DNA from: Candidatus Heimdallarchaeota archaeon
GTDB lineage: Archaea > Asgardarchaeota > Heimdallarchaeia > JABLTI01
Length of the DNA: 64,000 nucleotides
Assembly: GCA_018238155.1 (NCBI GenBank)
Contig: JABCTZ010000036.1
Coordinates: forward strand, 352,001 to 416,000
Direction: 5' to 3'
In this document: piece after piece, positions 19,627 through 29,752 of the stretch
How positions within the stretch are numbered: the stretch's first letter is position 1
Layout of the letters: every line of letters starts with the position of its first letter
Position numbers and translations under genes: made by a program
The notes under the pieces: model-generated
What the model saw: the letters and a program-made list of their open reading frames with translations, nothing else
Databases searched by the model: none
Told to the model about the DNA's origin: nothing

Positions 19627-20921
19627 AAAAGGAGTCGAAACTACAACTACTAGGATCATTAGCAAGTAAATTGCAGAGCTTGGAGGATATAATACGTTCT
19701 AAGGTTATTACAAAGAATCTTTATAGTTTGCTCAAGATGGTTGAAATGGTAGAACGAGATCCCATAAAGATCGAAACAGTAACCAATTTCTTGGAAAAGA
19801 GGTTAAACAATCATTTTCCAAATAGAGCCATCAAAGTTCTTGAAAACAAATTAGAAAGGGAAATTTTAGATGATCTTGAAAAGCAAAAATTAAAAAAGCA
19901 AATCATTAGTGTAAAACGTTCTTACAAGCTTATAACTAAAATCAAAAATGATGATTTACTAACATTTAATTATACGCCTTTTTTTGATTTCATCATCGGT
20001 TATGATAATCTTTCAGAAAACAAGAAATTTCTGTTAAATGGTGATGGTGAGTCTTGGATAGAGAGATGGCATAGTTATCCCTATCTAAAAGAAAATCCTA
20101 ATAATTTCGTAGTTTTTTGTTTAGGTAGATACTATTCTCTTATGAGTATGAAGCAAATCGATAAGCTAACTGAAACTATTCTCTTAAGGAAAAGCACTAG
20201 TTGGTATAAAAACCTAAACTTTAGCAAACTGCTGAAAATCTTTGCTGAAATCACTAAAGCAGGAGCTCTCATTTCTCTGAATGAGAGTAAAGAGAAGGAA
20301 AAAGAGGAAAACAGTAATGAGAGTTCTAAAGAACACAATCTAATCCCTTTTAGGAGATTTAGACAATTTATTGAGTATTATTTACTTACTGAATATTTTG
20401 AAAATAACAATCAAGGATTTGATCAAAACATAAATACATTTCTATTTGGTGCAGGATTTTTTCTACAGAAAAAACCAGAAAAAGTCGATTTGAAAATTTC
20501 AACCATTTTAGAAATGGTTAAGTGGGATAAACCCAATCAAATAGCTGGATTCCTACTTGGCAAGTTGTTCTCTATATACTCCTATTCTGAGTTTGAGGAT
20601 TTAAATACTCGTTCCTACAAGAAGTTAGCTAAAAAAATTCAACTAGCTGAAATAGGCAATCACCCAGAAATAATGTCTTACATTTTTATGATTGCTTTCA
20701 GAATACTTGCGAAAAAAGATGCAAAGATGGAAAAGGAAACCAAAGGGACGAATAAGAACCATTGGTTATATACAAATGTAAAATACCTAAGTCATATCGA
20801 ATATTACATGAAACTCGTAATAAAAAATGACCTTCTCGAAAATATGAATGATAAATACGAAGATGCATTAACGTTTATGACAGGTTATCAATACTATAAA
20901 AAGAGTGATGAAAATGACTGA
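19623..20921 (+). CDS. Protein of three tandem Cas11/Cas8b-C-terminal-like helical units
   Basis: LLGSL..FIIGY (aa 9-127), FCLGRY..FLFGAG (165-278), FLLGKL..FMTGY (310-422). Confidence 0.65.
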   Translation: MKKESKLQLLGSLASKLQSLEDIIRSKVITKNLYSLLKMVEMVERDPIKIETVTNFLEKRLNNHFPNRAIKVLENKLEREILDDLEKQKLKKQIISVKRSYKLITKIKNDDLLTFNYTPFFDFIIGYDNLSENKKFLLNGDGESWIERWHSYPYLKENPNNFVVFCLGRYYSLMSMKQIDKLTETILLRKSTSWYKNLNFSKLLKIFAEITKAGALISLNESKEKEKEENSNESSKEHNLIPFRRFRQFIEYYLLTEYFENNNQGFDQNINTFLFGAGFFLQKKPEKVDLKISTILEMVKWDKPNQIAGFLLGKLFSIYSYSEFEDLNTRSYKKLAKKIQLAEIGNHPEIMSYIFMIAFRILAKKDAKMEKETKGTNKNHWLYTNVKYLSHIEYYMKLVIKNDLLENMNDKYEDALTFMTGYQYYKKSDEND

Positions 20922-21861
20922 AAAAGACAATGAAAAAATAATTGAAAAAAGAAAGGAATTAATCTTTCTATATTCTGTTAAGGATGCAAATCCAAATGGC
21001 GACCCAGATGACGAGAACCGTCCTAGGACTGATCTTAATGGATATAACATCGTTTCTGATGTACGGTTAAAACGAACAATTCGAGATTATCTCATTGATA
21101 ACGGTGAATCAGTAATAATAAGACGAAAATACACAAATGAAAATAAAGTCAAGAATATTGAAGGTCTTATTACTGATTTTCTTCAGAAAGAAATTACACG
21201 TGAAAAGATTCTAGATAAAATACCAAAGGAATTTATTGATGTGAGATTATTTGGCTTAATGGCAGCAGTAGAAAATGCCAGTTGTGCTATTACAGGACCT
21301 GTCCAATTTGCCATCGGAAAGTCTTTGAATATTCCCGATATATCAACTCATTCAATAACTTCGGTAATGGCTGCAGGTACTGGTAAAGGTGGTGGAGCTA
21401 TGGGTTCATTCCATGTAGTTGATTACTCTCTGATTGCATTCGAAGGAGTTGTATGTCCAAATTTAGCAAAGATATCAAAGTTAACTCATAGTGATGTCTG
21501 TAAGCTCTTTAAAGCGATCTGGATGGGAACAAAGACAATTAATACAAGAAGCAAATTTAATCATATACCTCAATTGCTTATTTCTGTTAATTCAAATAAT
21601 AGTGAATTCCTTATTGGGGATTTAGCTTATCGATTAAAAATCGATGGAGAAAAACCGAACTTTAGAATTAAGCTTGATGATTTCATCAGTCGCATAAGTA
21701 AATTCGCTGAAGATGGAAAATCACAAATCGAATCAATAAGTTATTGCCAAGATCCTGATCTAATATTAAGTTTTGATGGAAAAGAAGATACTTTCGAAAA
21801 TATTATAGCTAAAATAAAAATTCCTGTCGAAAAAATGACTTTTAACTGTGGTGCTAAGTAA
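20914..21861 (+). CDS. cas7: Cas7 (Csh2/Cas7b)
   Basis: ANPNGDPDDENRPR, VSDVRLKRTIRDYL, DVRLFG, ITGPVQF. Confidence 0.95.
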   Translation: MTEKDNEKIIEKRKELIFLYSVKDANPNGDPDDENRPRTDLNGYNIVSDVRLKRTIRDYLIDNGESVIIRRKYTNENKVKNIEGLITDFLQKEITREKILDKIPKEFIDVRLFGLMAAVENASCAITGPVQFAIGKSLNIPDISTHSITSVMAAGTGKGGGAMGSFHVVDYSLIAFEGVVCPNLAKISKLTHSDVCKLFKAIWMGTKTINTRSKFNHIPQLLISVNSNNSEFLIGDLAYRLKIDGEKPNFRIKLDDFISRISKFAEDGKSQIESISYCQDPDLILSFDGKEDTFENIIAKIKIPVEKMTFNCGAK

Positions 21862-22640
21862 TTACTACAAAAGTCATTTGTTTTGATATTTGTGCTCCAT
21901 TTGCTACCTTTCGAACACCAGATACGACAAGGGGATATTTAACATTCCCTTTTCCTCCCCGAACAGCTATAGTTGGTTTCCTTGGAGCCATCATGGGTAC
22001 AAAGAAAAGAAATGCTATCTATTCTAGTAAACACTATTTGTCTAAAACAAGAATTGCTTTGCAAGTAGTAAAGAAACCAAGGATGTTAGCTTATAAGACT
22101 AACTATTTTCGTACAAAAAAAATCATGAATATATCAAAAGGTGCTAAAATATACATTCCAATGGATGTTGAAGACAGAGGCGTACGATCTCCTGTAAATA
22201 TTACCCTTTTACAAGATGTTCACTACAGGTTATTCATAGATATGCCTAAAGAAAAGTATGAAGAACTCAAACGTCGCTTGATAAATCATGAAACCGTTTT
22301 CCCAGTATATCTTGGTCATGCAAATATGAGAGCCTATTTCAATTATATTGGTGAAATCGAAATTAAAGAGAATAACGATAACGAAGTTGAATTATTAAGC
22401 TTGTCTAGAGCTGAGCAAATTAAAAACCTTCAACAAGGTGAATTTACAATTATAATGAGTGTACCATTCGATTATGATTACATAGAGAAAAATGACCGAA
22501 TAGAATTATCTCAATTAGCCAATGTTGTTTATCATATCGAGCCTATAAAAGTAAAATTAGCAATTGCTCCTCAAGAATCTTATAAGATTGTAAAGTCACC
22601 AATTGAAGAACAGCTAAACAAATCATTGGTTTTTATTTGA
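21861..22640 (+). CDS. cas5: Cas5 (type I-B), probable ATT start
   Basis: Canonical N-terminus FDICAPFATFRTP..TFPFPPRTAIVGFLGAIMG is in frame upstream of ATG 21993; also VYLG. Confidence 0.9.
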   Translation: MTTKVICFDICAPFATFRTPDTTRGYLTFPFPPRTAIVGFLGAIMGTKKRNAIYSSKHYLSKTRIALQVVKKPRMLAYKTNYFRTKKIMNISKGAKIYIPMDVEDRGVRSPVNITLLQDVHYRLFIDMPKEKYEELKRRLINHETVFPVYLGHANMRAYFNYIGEIEIKENNDNEVELLSLSRAEQIKNLQQGEFTIIMSVPFDYDYIEKNDRIELSQLANVVYHIEPIKVKLAIAPQESYKIVKSPIEEQLNKSLVFI

Positions 22641-22646
22641 ACAGAA

Positions 22647-25232
22647 ATGGGATTGCTAATGTTTGAAGTTGATACGAATAATGTCGAAAGTTTAAAAGAA
22701 ATTATCTCAATGTTGCTTGAGAACACAAAGATTAAATTAGACCTAGCAGCACCATGTCAAACACTAGTTGAACATACAACTAACATGCTGAAAGCATTCA
22801 AAAGTAATAGTAAGCACTTGATACCAAATTCACATATAATAGATGATGAGTTATGGGTTAAATTAATGCAAATAACAATTATTTTTCATGATATTGGCAA
22901 ACTAAACCTTTTTTTTCAACTCTTTATAATTTCAAAAAGAAAGGATTATGATGAAATAAAGGGAGAGTTTAAAACTATAATCCAAGCTAAAGATAGTTAC
23001 GAGCATCTTTTAGATGTGCGCTTCAATAAAAAATACAGAAGACATACGATAGAATCTGCAATCTTAGCTTACTACTTTCTAACCGAGATTTGCAATAAAT
23101 TATTCAAAGATAAAAACATCATTAGAGTTTTTATGAATGCAATTCTGACACATCATTCAGGGCATATGAAATTACCAGAAAAAATGTCTGATTTAAGATT
23201 TTATTTAACTCGTTTAAGAAGCGGAAATCAGAAAGAACTATGGTCCCTTTTCTACACATTCTTGAAAAAGTCATCTTACCTAATGGATATAGCTAATATA
23301 ATTACCGATATAGAATTAAAGAATCTATTTGAGGAATTCCATGAACGTATTGAGAATGACAGCTCCTTAGAGAGCTATTTTCTTAGGAATGGAATTAAAG
23401 AAATAATAAGAGATATGTTCTTTGATGGAACATGCATCTCTCAAAGCAATAATAGTTCGTTCATACATCTAGTACAATATACTTCATCAGTACTATACGA
23501 TCTTGATGAATGGGATGCAATTACAAATAGGAATACTAACTTGGATTCTATGGAAATTTCTTTCGATATCACTAGAAAAGAAACTAATCAACGTTTAATT
23601 GATGATTACATAAAAGAAAATACAAATGATTCTCCTTTGAATCCAATAAGAGAATCTTTTTTGAAAAACACTCGAGCTCAATTCAGCACAATCAAGATTG
23701 AAGAGAAGAGAATTTTTCGGATGATTGCTCCAACAGGAGCTGGTAAAACACTTAATCTTCTATCCGCGGCATTTAGTTTAAAGGAACAAGTTCATTCAAA
23801 TTACGGTTTTTATCCAAAGATAATCTACGCATTACCATTTATTTCTATTTGTGATCAGATTGAAATGATTCTATCTGAATTGCTAGAAACAACTTCTCAA
23901 ACATCAGAGCTCACAGTTCATCACTATCTCAGTAATTTTCAAAAAGATAGAAGTAATGATATGGAAGACGAATACGATTTCTTATCTCCATATGAAATTC
24001 GGCTTTGGAGGTCAGATTTTATTGTCACAACAACTATTAAGCTTTTCTACACCATTTTGCACTTTTACAAAAACAAAGTTAAAAGATTTCATCGTTTGTG
24101 TAATTCAATAATTATTATTGATGAGTATCATTCATTGCCAATAAAGTACCAGAATTTAGTTAAGAAAGTTATAGAGAATCTTACAAGAAACTTTAATGTT
24201 TACTTCATTATAGCAACAGCAACAGCTCCAGCAATATTTGAAAATACCGAATGCAAGGATTTAGTTGACAACAAACTCTTCATGGAATTGAATAGATATT
24301 GGATAAATTACATCAAAGAACCAAAAACACCGAGTGAGTTTTTCGATTATGTTTCTAATCAGATAAAGATGCATCAAAATGAAAATATAATGATTGTTGT
24401 TAACACACGGAATCTCGCTCGAAACCTATTTCTTCATTTGCAGGGATTAAGTAGCGATGAAACGATTGATAGCGATAACTTATTGCATCTATCCGGTAAT
24501 ATGCTACCGAATCACAGAAAAAGAACTATCAGCGAAGAAATTTTACCTAGATTAAAGAATAGAAAAAATACCATATTAGTTACCACGCAATTAATTGAAG
24601 CAGGTATCGATATTGATTTTGATTACATTATAAGAGAATTATCACCATTTAGCTCGATTGTTCAAACAGCAGGTAGATGTAATCGTCATAATAAGAAAAA
24701 TGAAGATGAAATTCCTGAAATAAGTTTGGTCAAAGTAAAAGATGTACCAAATCCTTATGATCCAATAGATCTTGGGGTTACAATAGAGACACTAGATAAT
24801 CTAAAAGGATTATGTAGTAGCACAAAACTAACTGAAAATTTCATTAGAAAGAACTATCAAGTTTATACTAATGCATTAAACAAAAGAAGAGCAAAGTCTG
24901 ATTTGCTTGTTGAATATAAAGATTGTGAATATGAAGAATTATCTGATAGATTCAAGTTAATCAATGATAGCAATCGTTATCCTCTTGTTATTATCCCCAA
25001 AGAGCAAGGGGCAGATGAAGTAGTTTCAGCTATTCAAAAAGTCAAAGATAAACGTTACATATCGAAAGTAATCTGGGTTAATTCTATATCAATTAGTAAA
25101 AGTCAATTAGTAGATAGATTTAGGAAAAACTTAGAGATGATTGAAGATAAAGACATTGTACTATATATCTTGGATTTACGTAAAAATGAGGATTTCTACC
25201 GAAATGATATCGGATTATATATTGAAACATGA
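22647..25232 (+). CDS. cas3: Cas3 HD nuclease-helicase
   Basis: HDIGK, HH, APTGAGKT, DEYH, TTQLIEAGIDID, QTAGRCNRH. Confidence 0.97.
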   Translation: MGLLMFEVDTNNVESLKEIISMLLENTKIKLDLAAPCQTLVEHTTNMLKAFKSNSKHLIPNSHIIDDELWVKLMQITIIFHDIGKLNLFFQLFIISKRKDYDEIKGEFKTIIQAKDSYEHLLDVRFNKKYRRHTIESAILAYYFLTEICNKLFKDKNIIRVFMNAILTHHSGHMKLPEKMSDLRFYLTRLRSGNQKELWSLFYTFLKKSSYLMDIANIITDIELKNLFEEFHERIENDSSLESYFLRNGIKEIIRDMFFDGTCISQSNNSSFIHLVQYTSSVLYDLDEWDAITNRNTNLDSMEISFDITRKETNQRLIDDYIKENTNDSPLNPIRESFLKNTRAQFSTIKIEEKRIFRMIAPTGAGKTLNLLSAAFSLKEQVHSNYGFYPKIIYALPFISICDQIEMILSELLETTSQTSELTVHHYLSNFQKDRSNDMEDEYDFLSPYEIRLWRSDFIVTTTIKLFYTILHFYKNKVKRFHRLCNSIIIIDEYHSLPIKYQNLVKKVIENLTRNFNVYFIIATATAPAIFENTECKDLVDNKLFMELNRYWINYIKEPKTPSEFFDYVSNQIKMHQNENIMIVVNTRNLARNLFLHLQGLSSDETIDSDNLLHLSGNMLPNHRKRTISEEILPRLKNRKNTILVTTQLIEAGIDIDFDYIIRELSPFSSIVQTAGRCNRHNKKNEDEIPEISLVKVKDVPNPYDPIDLGVTIETLDNLKGLCSSTKLTENFIRKNYQVYTNALNKRRAKSDLLVEYKDCEYEELSDRFKLINDSNRYPLVIIPKEQGADEVVSAIQKVKDKRYISKVIWVNSISISKSQLVDRFRKNLEMIEDKDIVLYILDLRKNEDFYRNDIGLYIET

Positions 25233-26340
25233 GTTCCCAATAATTGCAGAGAAAATTGATGGGAATTGGTGTTTTTGGTCAATAGAAAACATAACAACCA
25301 AAATTTGTGAAATTGTCGATGAGTTTCCCCATTTAAATGGTTTAGATGAGTCATTAATGAAAGATCTCACTGAGCAATTTAGACTTTTTAACTATATAAT
25401 AAAACCGGATAGAGTAACTAGAGAATATATTCTGGATTGTTGCGACTTGGATTTTTTAAAAAATGAACAAGTAAAAAACGAAGAAGGAATTATAATACCC
25501 TTTCAAGATTTCAAAGATCAACTAAAAGATTATGAAATCAGTAAGTATACAAACCCAGTATATTTAGAGTGTGATTATTTTTGTATAGAAATTATTCCAA
25601 ACTCAGAATCAATTATTTGCAAATATCTAATATTCACAAAATCTAGACAATTATGTAATAATGAATTTAATTGTGATAAGGTTCAATGTATGAATCTCTC
25701 ACTCATATTGGGAATACAATATATCCAAGTGGAGTTTATGTATCAACTTTTTAAAGTTTTTTTTAATCTAAACTTTGAGTTATTTTATAGAATAACTGGT
25801 TATTTTCTAACAGAAAATAAAGAATATCAATCAATATCTTCTGAGGATGACTATGAAGTATTAAAAAATTCAATTGAAAACTTGCCCGATGTTATTTGGG
25901 ATAAAAGCAAGTTTCGGTATGGTTTCCTAGCAGGATACTATTGGCGAGATCAAATAAAGCTACTAAAGCATATATTAGAAATCTTATTATCGATATTTGA
26001 AGAAAAAGAAAAAGAATCGAAACCCACTCAATTTATAATTGAAGCAATAACTGAATTTACTGATAAGATCAACAGTTTTAATGATTTAGAAGAGCTCCAA
26101 AATAAAAGGAACAATCACGCACACATTATATTCGAAATTAACAGTATGTCAGAGTTAAAAGAGACATTGCCTAATAATAACACAAAAGAGATATTTATTG
26201 AGTTTTGTAAAAAACGGGAGTTAAAAGTACAATTACTAGAACTTATTAAGACAATATCAAACAAGCTTTTTAGGAATGACAAACAAGGATTACTTATTAA
26301 ACTTATACAAAAATGTTTACAAAAAAAAGGGACAGTATAA
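25186..26340 (+). CDS. Unknown protein embedded between cas3 and cas6
   Basis: Long ORF overlapping the cas3 end and 3 bp from cas6; start uncertain (25141, 25186 or 25204). Confidence 0.6.
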   Translation: MRISTEMISDYILKHEFPIIAEKIDGNWCFWSIENITTKICEIVDEFPHLNGLDESLMKDLTEQFRLFNYIIKPDRVTREYILDCCDLDFLKNEQVKNEEGIIIPFQDFKDQLKDYEISKYTNPVYLECDYFCIEIIPNSESIICKYLIFTKSRQLCNNEFNCDKVQCMNLSLILGIQYIQVEFMYQLFKVFFNLNFELFYRITGYFLTENKEYQSISSEDDYEVLKNSIENLPDVIWDKSKFRYGFLAGYYWRDQIKLLKHILEILLSIFEEKEKESKPTQFIIEAITEFTDKINSFNDLEELQNKRNNHAHIIFEINSMSELKETLPNNNTKEIFIEFCKKRELKVQLLELIKTISNKLFRNDKQGLLIKLIQKCLQKKGTV

Positions 26341-26343
26341 ACC

Positions 26344-27144
26344 ATGTACAATTTTATATTCATGTTGGAAACAAAATCGAATTGTTTACTACCATCTTTT
26401 ACAGGGCAAATAATTCGAGGAGCTTTACTTAGCACGATAAATGAATTTGATGCAACATTTGCAGAAAAACTCCACAAAGGGAATGATATTAGACCCTATG
26501 CTGTTTCACCTCTCATGGGTCATGAGGGAAGATTAAATCGAACAAGAAGAAATGAAATCATTGTTAGCAAAGATAGAACCTATAAGTTTCGCATGGGTAT
26601 TCTTTCAAGTGATTTAGCTGAACAAATGATTAAGATTTCTTTGCAAAATGATAAAATGCGATTGCAACTTGCTGATGCTAAGTTCACTGTTTCGAGTATC
26701 GAAATTAAGAAAAAAACTATAAAAGAACTACTTGACTGTGATGACCAACAATCAAAATTTATTGAACTTTCTTTCCTTACACCCTCATGTTTCAATATAG
26801 CTGGTAAGGATTTTCCCATGAGATTTCCTGATCCTAGATTTCTTTTTATGAACCTAGCTACTTTGTGGAACACTTTCAATGAAGAACAAGTTTTTATAGA
26901 TAGGTCTGAATTTTTTACTTGGCTTGAAAGCAATATTTCAATTAACAGATATAAATTAAGCACTCATAGGGTCTATACAGCTAAGAATACTCCCAAAATT
27001 GGTTTTAAGGGGTTTATTCGATACAGACTTTCAGATGACAATAAATATCAATCATGGATTCATGCACTCGCACAGTATGCAGAATTTAGTAATGTAGGAT
27101 CCAATAGAACTGCAGGGTTAGGGTGTGTTAAGTATATTCGATAA
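26344..27144 (+). CDS. cas6: Cas6 crRNA endoribonuclease
   Basis: LH..RPYAVSPL, FLTP, GFKG, Gly-rich loop NVGSNRTAGLG. Confidence 0.95.
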   Translation: MYNFIFMLETKSNCLLPSFTGQIIRGALLSTINEFDATFAEKLHKGNDIRPYAVSPLMGHEGRLNRTRRNEIIVSKDRTYKFRMGILSSDLAEQMIKISLQNDKMRLQLADAKFTVSSIEIKKKTIKELLDCDDQQSKFIELSFLTPSCFNIAGKDFPMRFPDPRFLFMNLATLWNTFNEEQVFIDRSEFFTWLESNISINRYKLSTHRVYTAKNTPKIGFKGFIRYRLSDDNKYQSWIHALAQYAEFSNVGSNRTAGLGCVKYIR

Positions 27145-27332
27145 AAAGCAAAAATGAGAACTGAATCAGCAGATGATTAATCGTTTTTTCGCTAAACTAC
27201 TCATACAAACTGGTTAAACTTTCATAATTGTTTTCTTGATCTTTCTGCCTGTCTATTAGAAATGCCGTTATGTATTTCTTAAAGAAAATTATCACCTCTT
27301 CTCTTCCAAGCAATTCATCTATAACTTGGAAT

Positions 27333-27726
27333 TTAAAAATATCTTAGATAGAGAAATGAGCGAAGATAATCCCCATTTGTTACAGTTACTTTTTCACTTA
27401 ACCAATCTGTTTCATTTGGTAGATTCAACAACGTCAGATAATAATTAAGATAATTTCTTACTAGTTCAGTTTGTTCCTTTAAATTCTCTAAACTTGGAAA
27501 ATTTATTAATTCTTTACCTAGGAAATCTTTGACAGCTAAATTCTTATATTTTGAATTCAATTTTTGGAATAATTCTTCTTTGAAGTTAGTGTCATTTTCT
27601 CCAATGTATCTAATAAAAAAAATTCATTCTCTTTAAGGCATTTCTCTTTTCATCTTCAAATGATTGAATTTCCCGTTTAATTTCAAGTGCTCTAGGGTTT
27701 CTTTTTCCTTTTTGAATAATTCTCAT
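27333..27726 (-). pseudogene. Frameshifted hypothetical gene
   Basis: The ATG 27726 frame stops just after a T8 tract (27615-27622); removing one base joins it to the 27333..27560 ORF. Confidence 0.5.
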
Positions 27727-27940
27727 TTTATCAACTCAGTAAGCATTATAATTGGCAAGAATTGTATAAATCGTTTTTTCTTTCCTAAATTAAGAGGTAT
27801 TTTATATTTCAAGCAAAAAACATTTTGATCTTCACTTGAATTTGAGAAAAAAAGTATTTATTTTTTTCATATATAGTTCAAGATATCATTGTTATCCAAT
27901 TATTTGCATTATTTCGATTTACTTTTTTTGTCTTATTAGT

Positions 27941-29752
27941 TCATTCTTCCTCTTCTTCAGAGTCATTACTGTTTTCTAAATCTCCTTCCCAAAGTTTTTG
28001 CATCTCTTCATTGGTGTGTAGTAATTCTTTCAAAGTCCCTTGAGCTTCTATTTGTCCGTTCTTCATCACAATAACATTGTCTGCTTTGTGTAGAGCAATT
28101 GGTCTATGTGATACTGCTAAACAAGTGGCTCTTTTGTTTTTGGAGAATATTCTTGCCCACAGCTCTTGTTCTGTTTCGACATCTAAAGCACTGGATAAAT
28201 CATCAAATACCAGTAACTCTGGTTCTCGTATGAACATTCTCGCTGCGGCTAATCTTTGTTTTTGTCCTCCTGACAGTCTGACACCCTTTGGTCCAACGAT
28301 AGTATCTAATTCATCATCAAAAGTTGCAATTTCATCTTCAAAGACAGCTAATTTTACTGCTTCATCAATATCAACAGATTCTTTTGGAACATTCAGCAAA
28401 ATATTATCTCGTAATGTTTCACTGAAGAGATAGGGGATTTGAGGTGTGTAAGCTACTTTTGGTGTTTGCATAAAACCGGTTGCGATTGGTACTTCTTTAT
28501 CATTCCAAAGGATTTTTCCACTATCTACTGGAACTAGCCCAAGGAGTGCTCGTAAAAGAGTTGTTTTTCCGGAGCCAATTCGCCCTGTAACTACAGTAAC
28601 TGATCCTTTCTGTATTGTCATAGTAATATCTTTGATTCCCTTCTCAGTTCCAGGATAATTAAAGGAGAGATTTCTTGTTGATAATGATATTAATTTGTCC
28701 TCATCAGTTCTCGTTATTGGTTTAAATTTCTCAAAATCTTTTTTAACATAGATTGGTCCTGGAACAATAATGTCATCAAACTTGACACTGTCTTCTTGAT
28801 CTTGCATGAGATTTTGTATGCGTTCGTAAGATACTTTTGATTGTTGATAAAGTGCAACGATATCTCCCATAAACCAGAGAAAATCGCCGATCCACCATAG
28901 TTGTGCTTGGAAGAAATAGAGATTCCCAATAGAGAAAGCACCAAGGTTCAATTCTCGACCAACGATAATTAATATGATACCCAATCCAATTGATACTGAA
29001 ATTAGATAGATAGAATTTACAAATGAAAGGAAGGTTTGCTCTTTGACTAGTGCTTTTCTTCTAGTATCACATTTAGATCTAAAATGTTCTATAATATTTT
29101 TCTCTGTACTAGTAACTTTGAATGTTTGAATTGACCCGAAAATTTTCCCCAAAGTAGAAGTAACTTCTGAAGTTGCACTCCTGCTATTCTTCCTTAATTT
29201 CTCAAATTGTTTTCTCCAAGCTAACCCTACGGCTAGAATGAGTGCAAATGGAATGAAGATGAAAATGGTTGCTTTCCAATTTATGAAAAACATGAAAGTG
29301 ATACTAGCAATAGCATAGATGATGTATCCTGATCGAAATGCTAATGTTGAAGCAAACCAAGAACCATTGAAAACATCTCCCCGGAAGCGTGAGATGGATT
29401 CTCCAGATGTAAATGGTAAAGATTGTGTTCCCGGTTTTTTAAGTAAAGATTCCATCATATTTTTTCGTATTAGTATTTCTGCTGAATTAAAGAAAAATGA
29501 AAATACAACATCCATGATTGATTTAAACACCAATCCAAGTATATAGAATACTGCTAGAAGAATGAAGAGCATTTTTAGATCTAAATTCAAGAAAGAACCC
29601 TGTGCTGTAGGAAAGATCGTATCAATTAATTCTTGGATAGCAAAATCTCTGAGAAAAATGGTTACTAACCATAGTATCGTTGATGAGATTGTTATTAGCC
29701 AGAACTTTAAACGAAATTTGATAAGTTTGCCGGTTAGATTCCAAGTATTCAT
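27941..29752 (-). CDS. ABC exporter half-transporter (TMD+NBD)
   Basis: GRIGSGKT, LSGGQKQR, LVFDD (degenerate Walker B). Confidence 0.92.
   Translation of the reverse strand: MNTWNLTGKLIKFRLKFWLITISSTILWLVTIFLRDFAIQELIDTIFPTAQGSFLNLDLKMLFILLAVFYILGLVFKSIMDVVFSFFFNSAEILIRKNMMESLLKKPGTQSLPFTSGESISRFRGDVFNGSWFASTLAFRSGYIIYAIASITFMFFINWKATIFIFIPFALILAVGLAWRKQFEKLRKNSRSATSEVTSTLGKIFGSIQTFKVTSTEKNIIEHFRSKCDTRRKALVKEQTFLSFVNSIYLISVSIGLGIILIIVGRELNLGAFSIGNLYFFQAQLWWIGDFLWFMGDIVALYQQSKVSYERIQNLMQDQEDSVKFDDIIVPGPIYVKKDFEKFKPITRTDEDKLISLSTRNLSFNYPGTEKGIKDITMTIQKGSVTVVTGRIGSGKTTLLRALLGLVPVDSGKILWNDKEVPIATGFMQTPKVAYTPQIPYLFSETLRDNILLNVPKESVDIDEAVKLAVFEDEIATFDDELDTIVGPKGVRLSGGQKQRLAAARMFIREPELLVFDDLSSALDVETEQELWARIFSKNKRATCLAVSHRPIALHKADNVIVMKNGQIEAQGTLKELLHTNEEMQKLWEGDLENSNDSEEEEE

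Noticed and set aside
27212-27250. TCATAATTG repeat-core match after cas6
   Set aside because: Flanks do not align; compatible with chance
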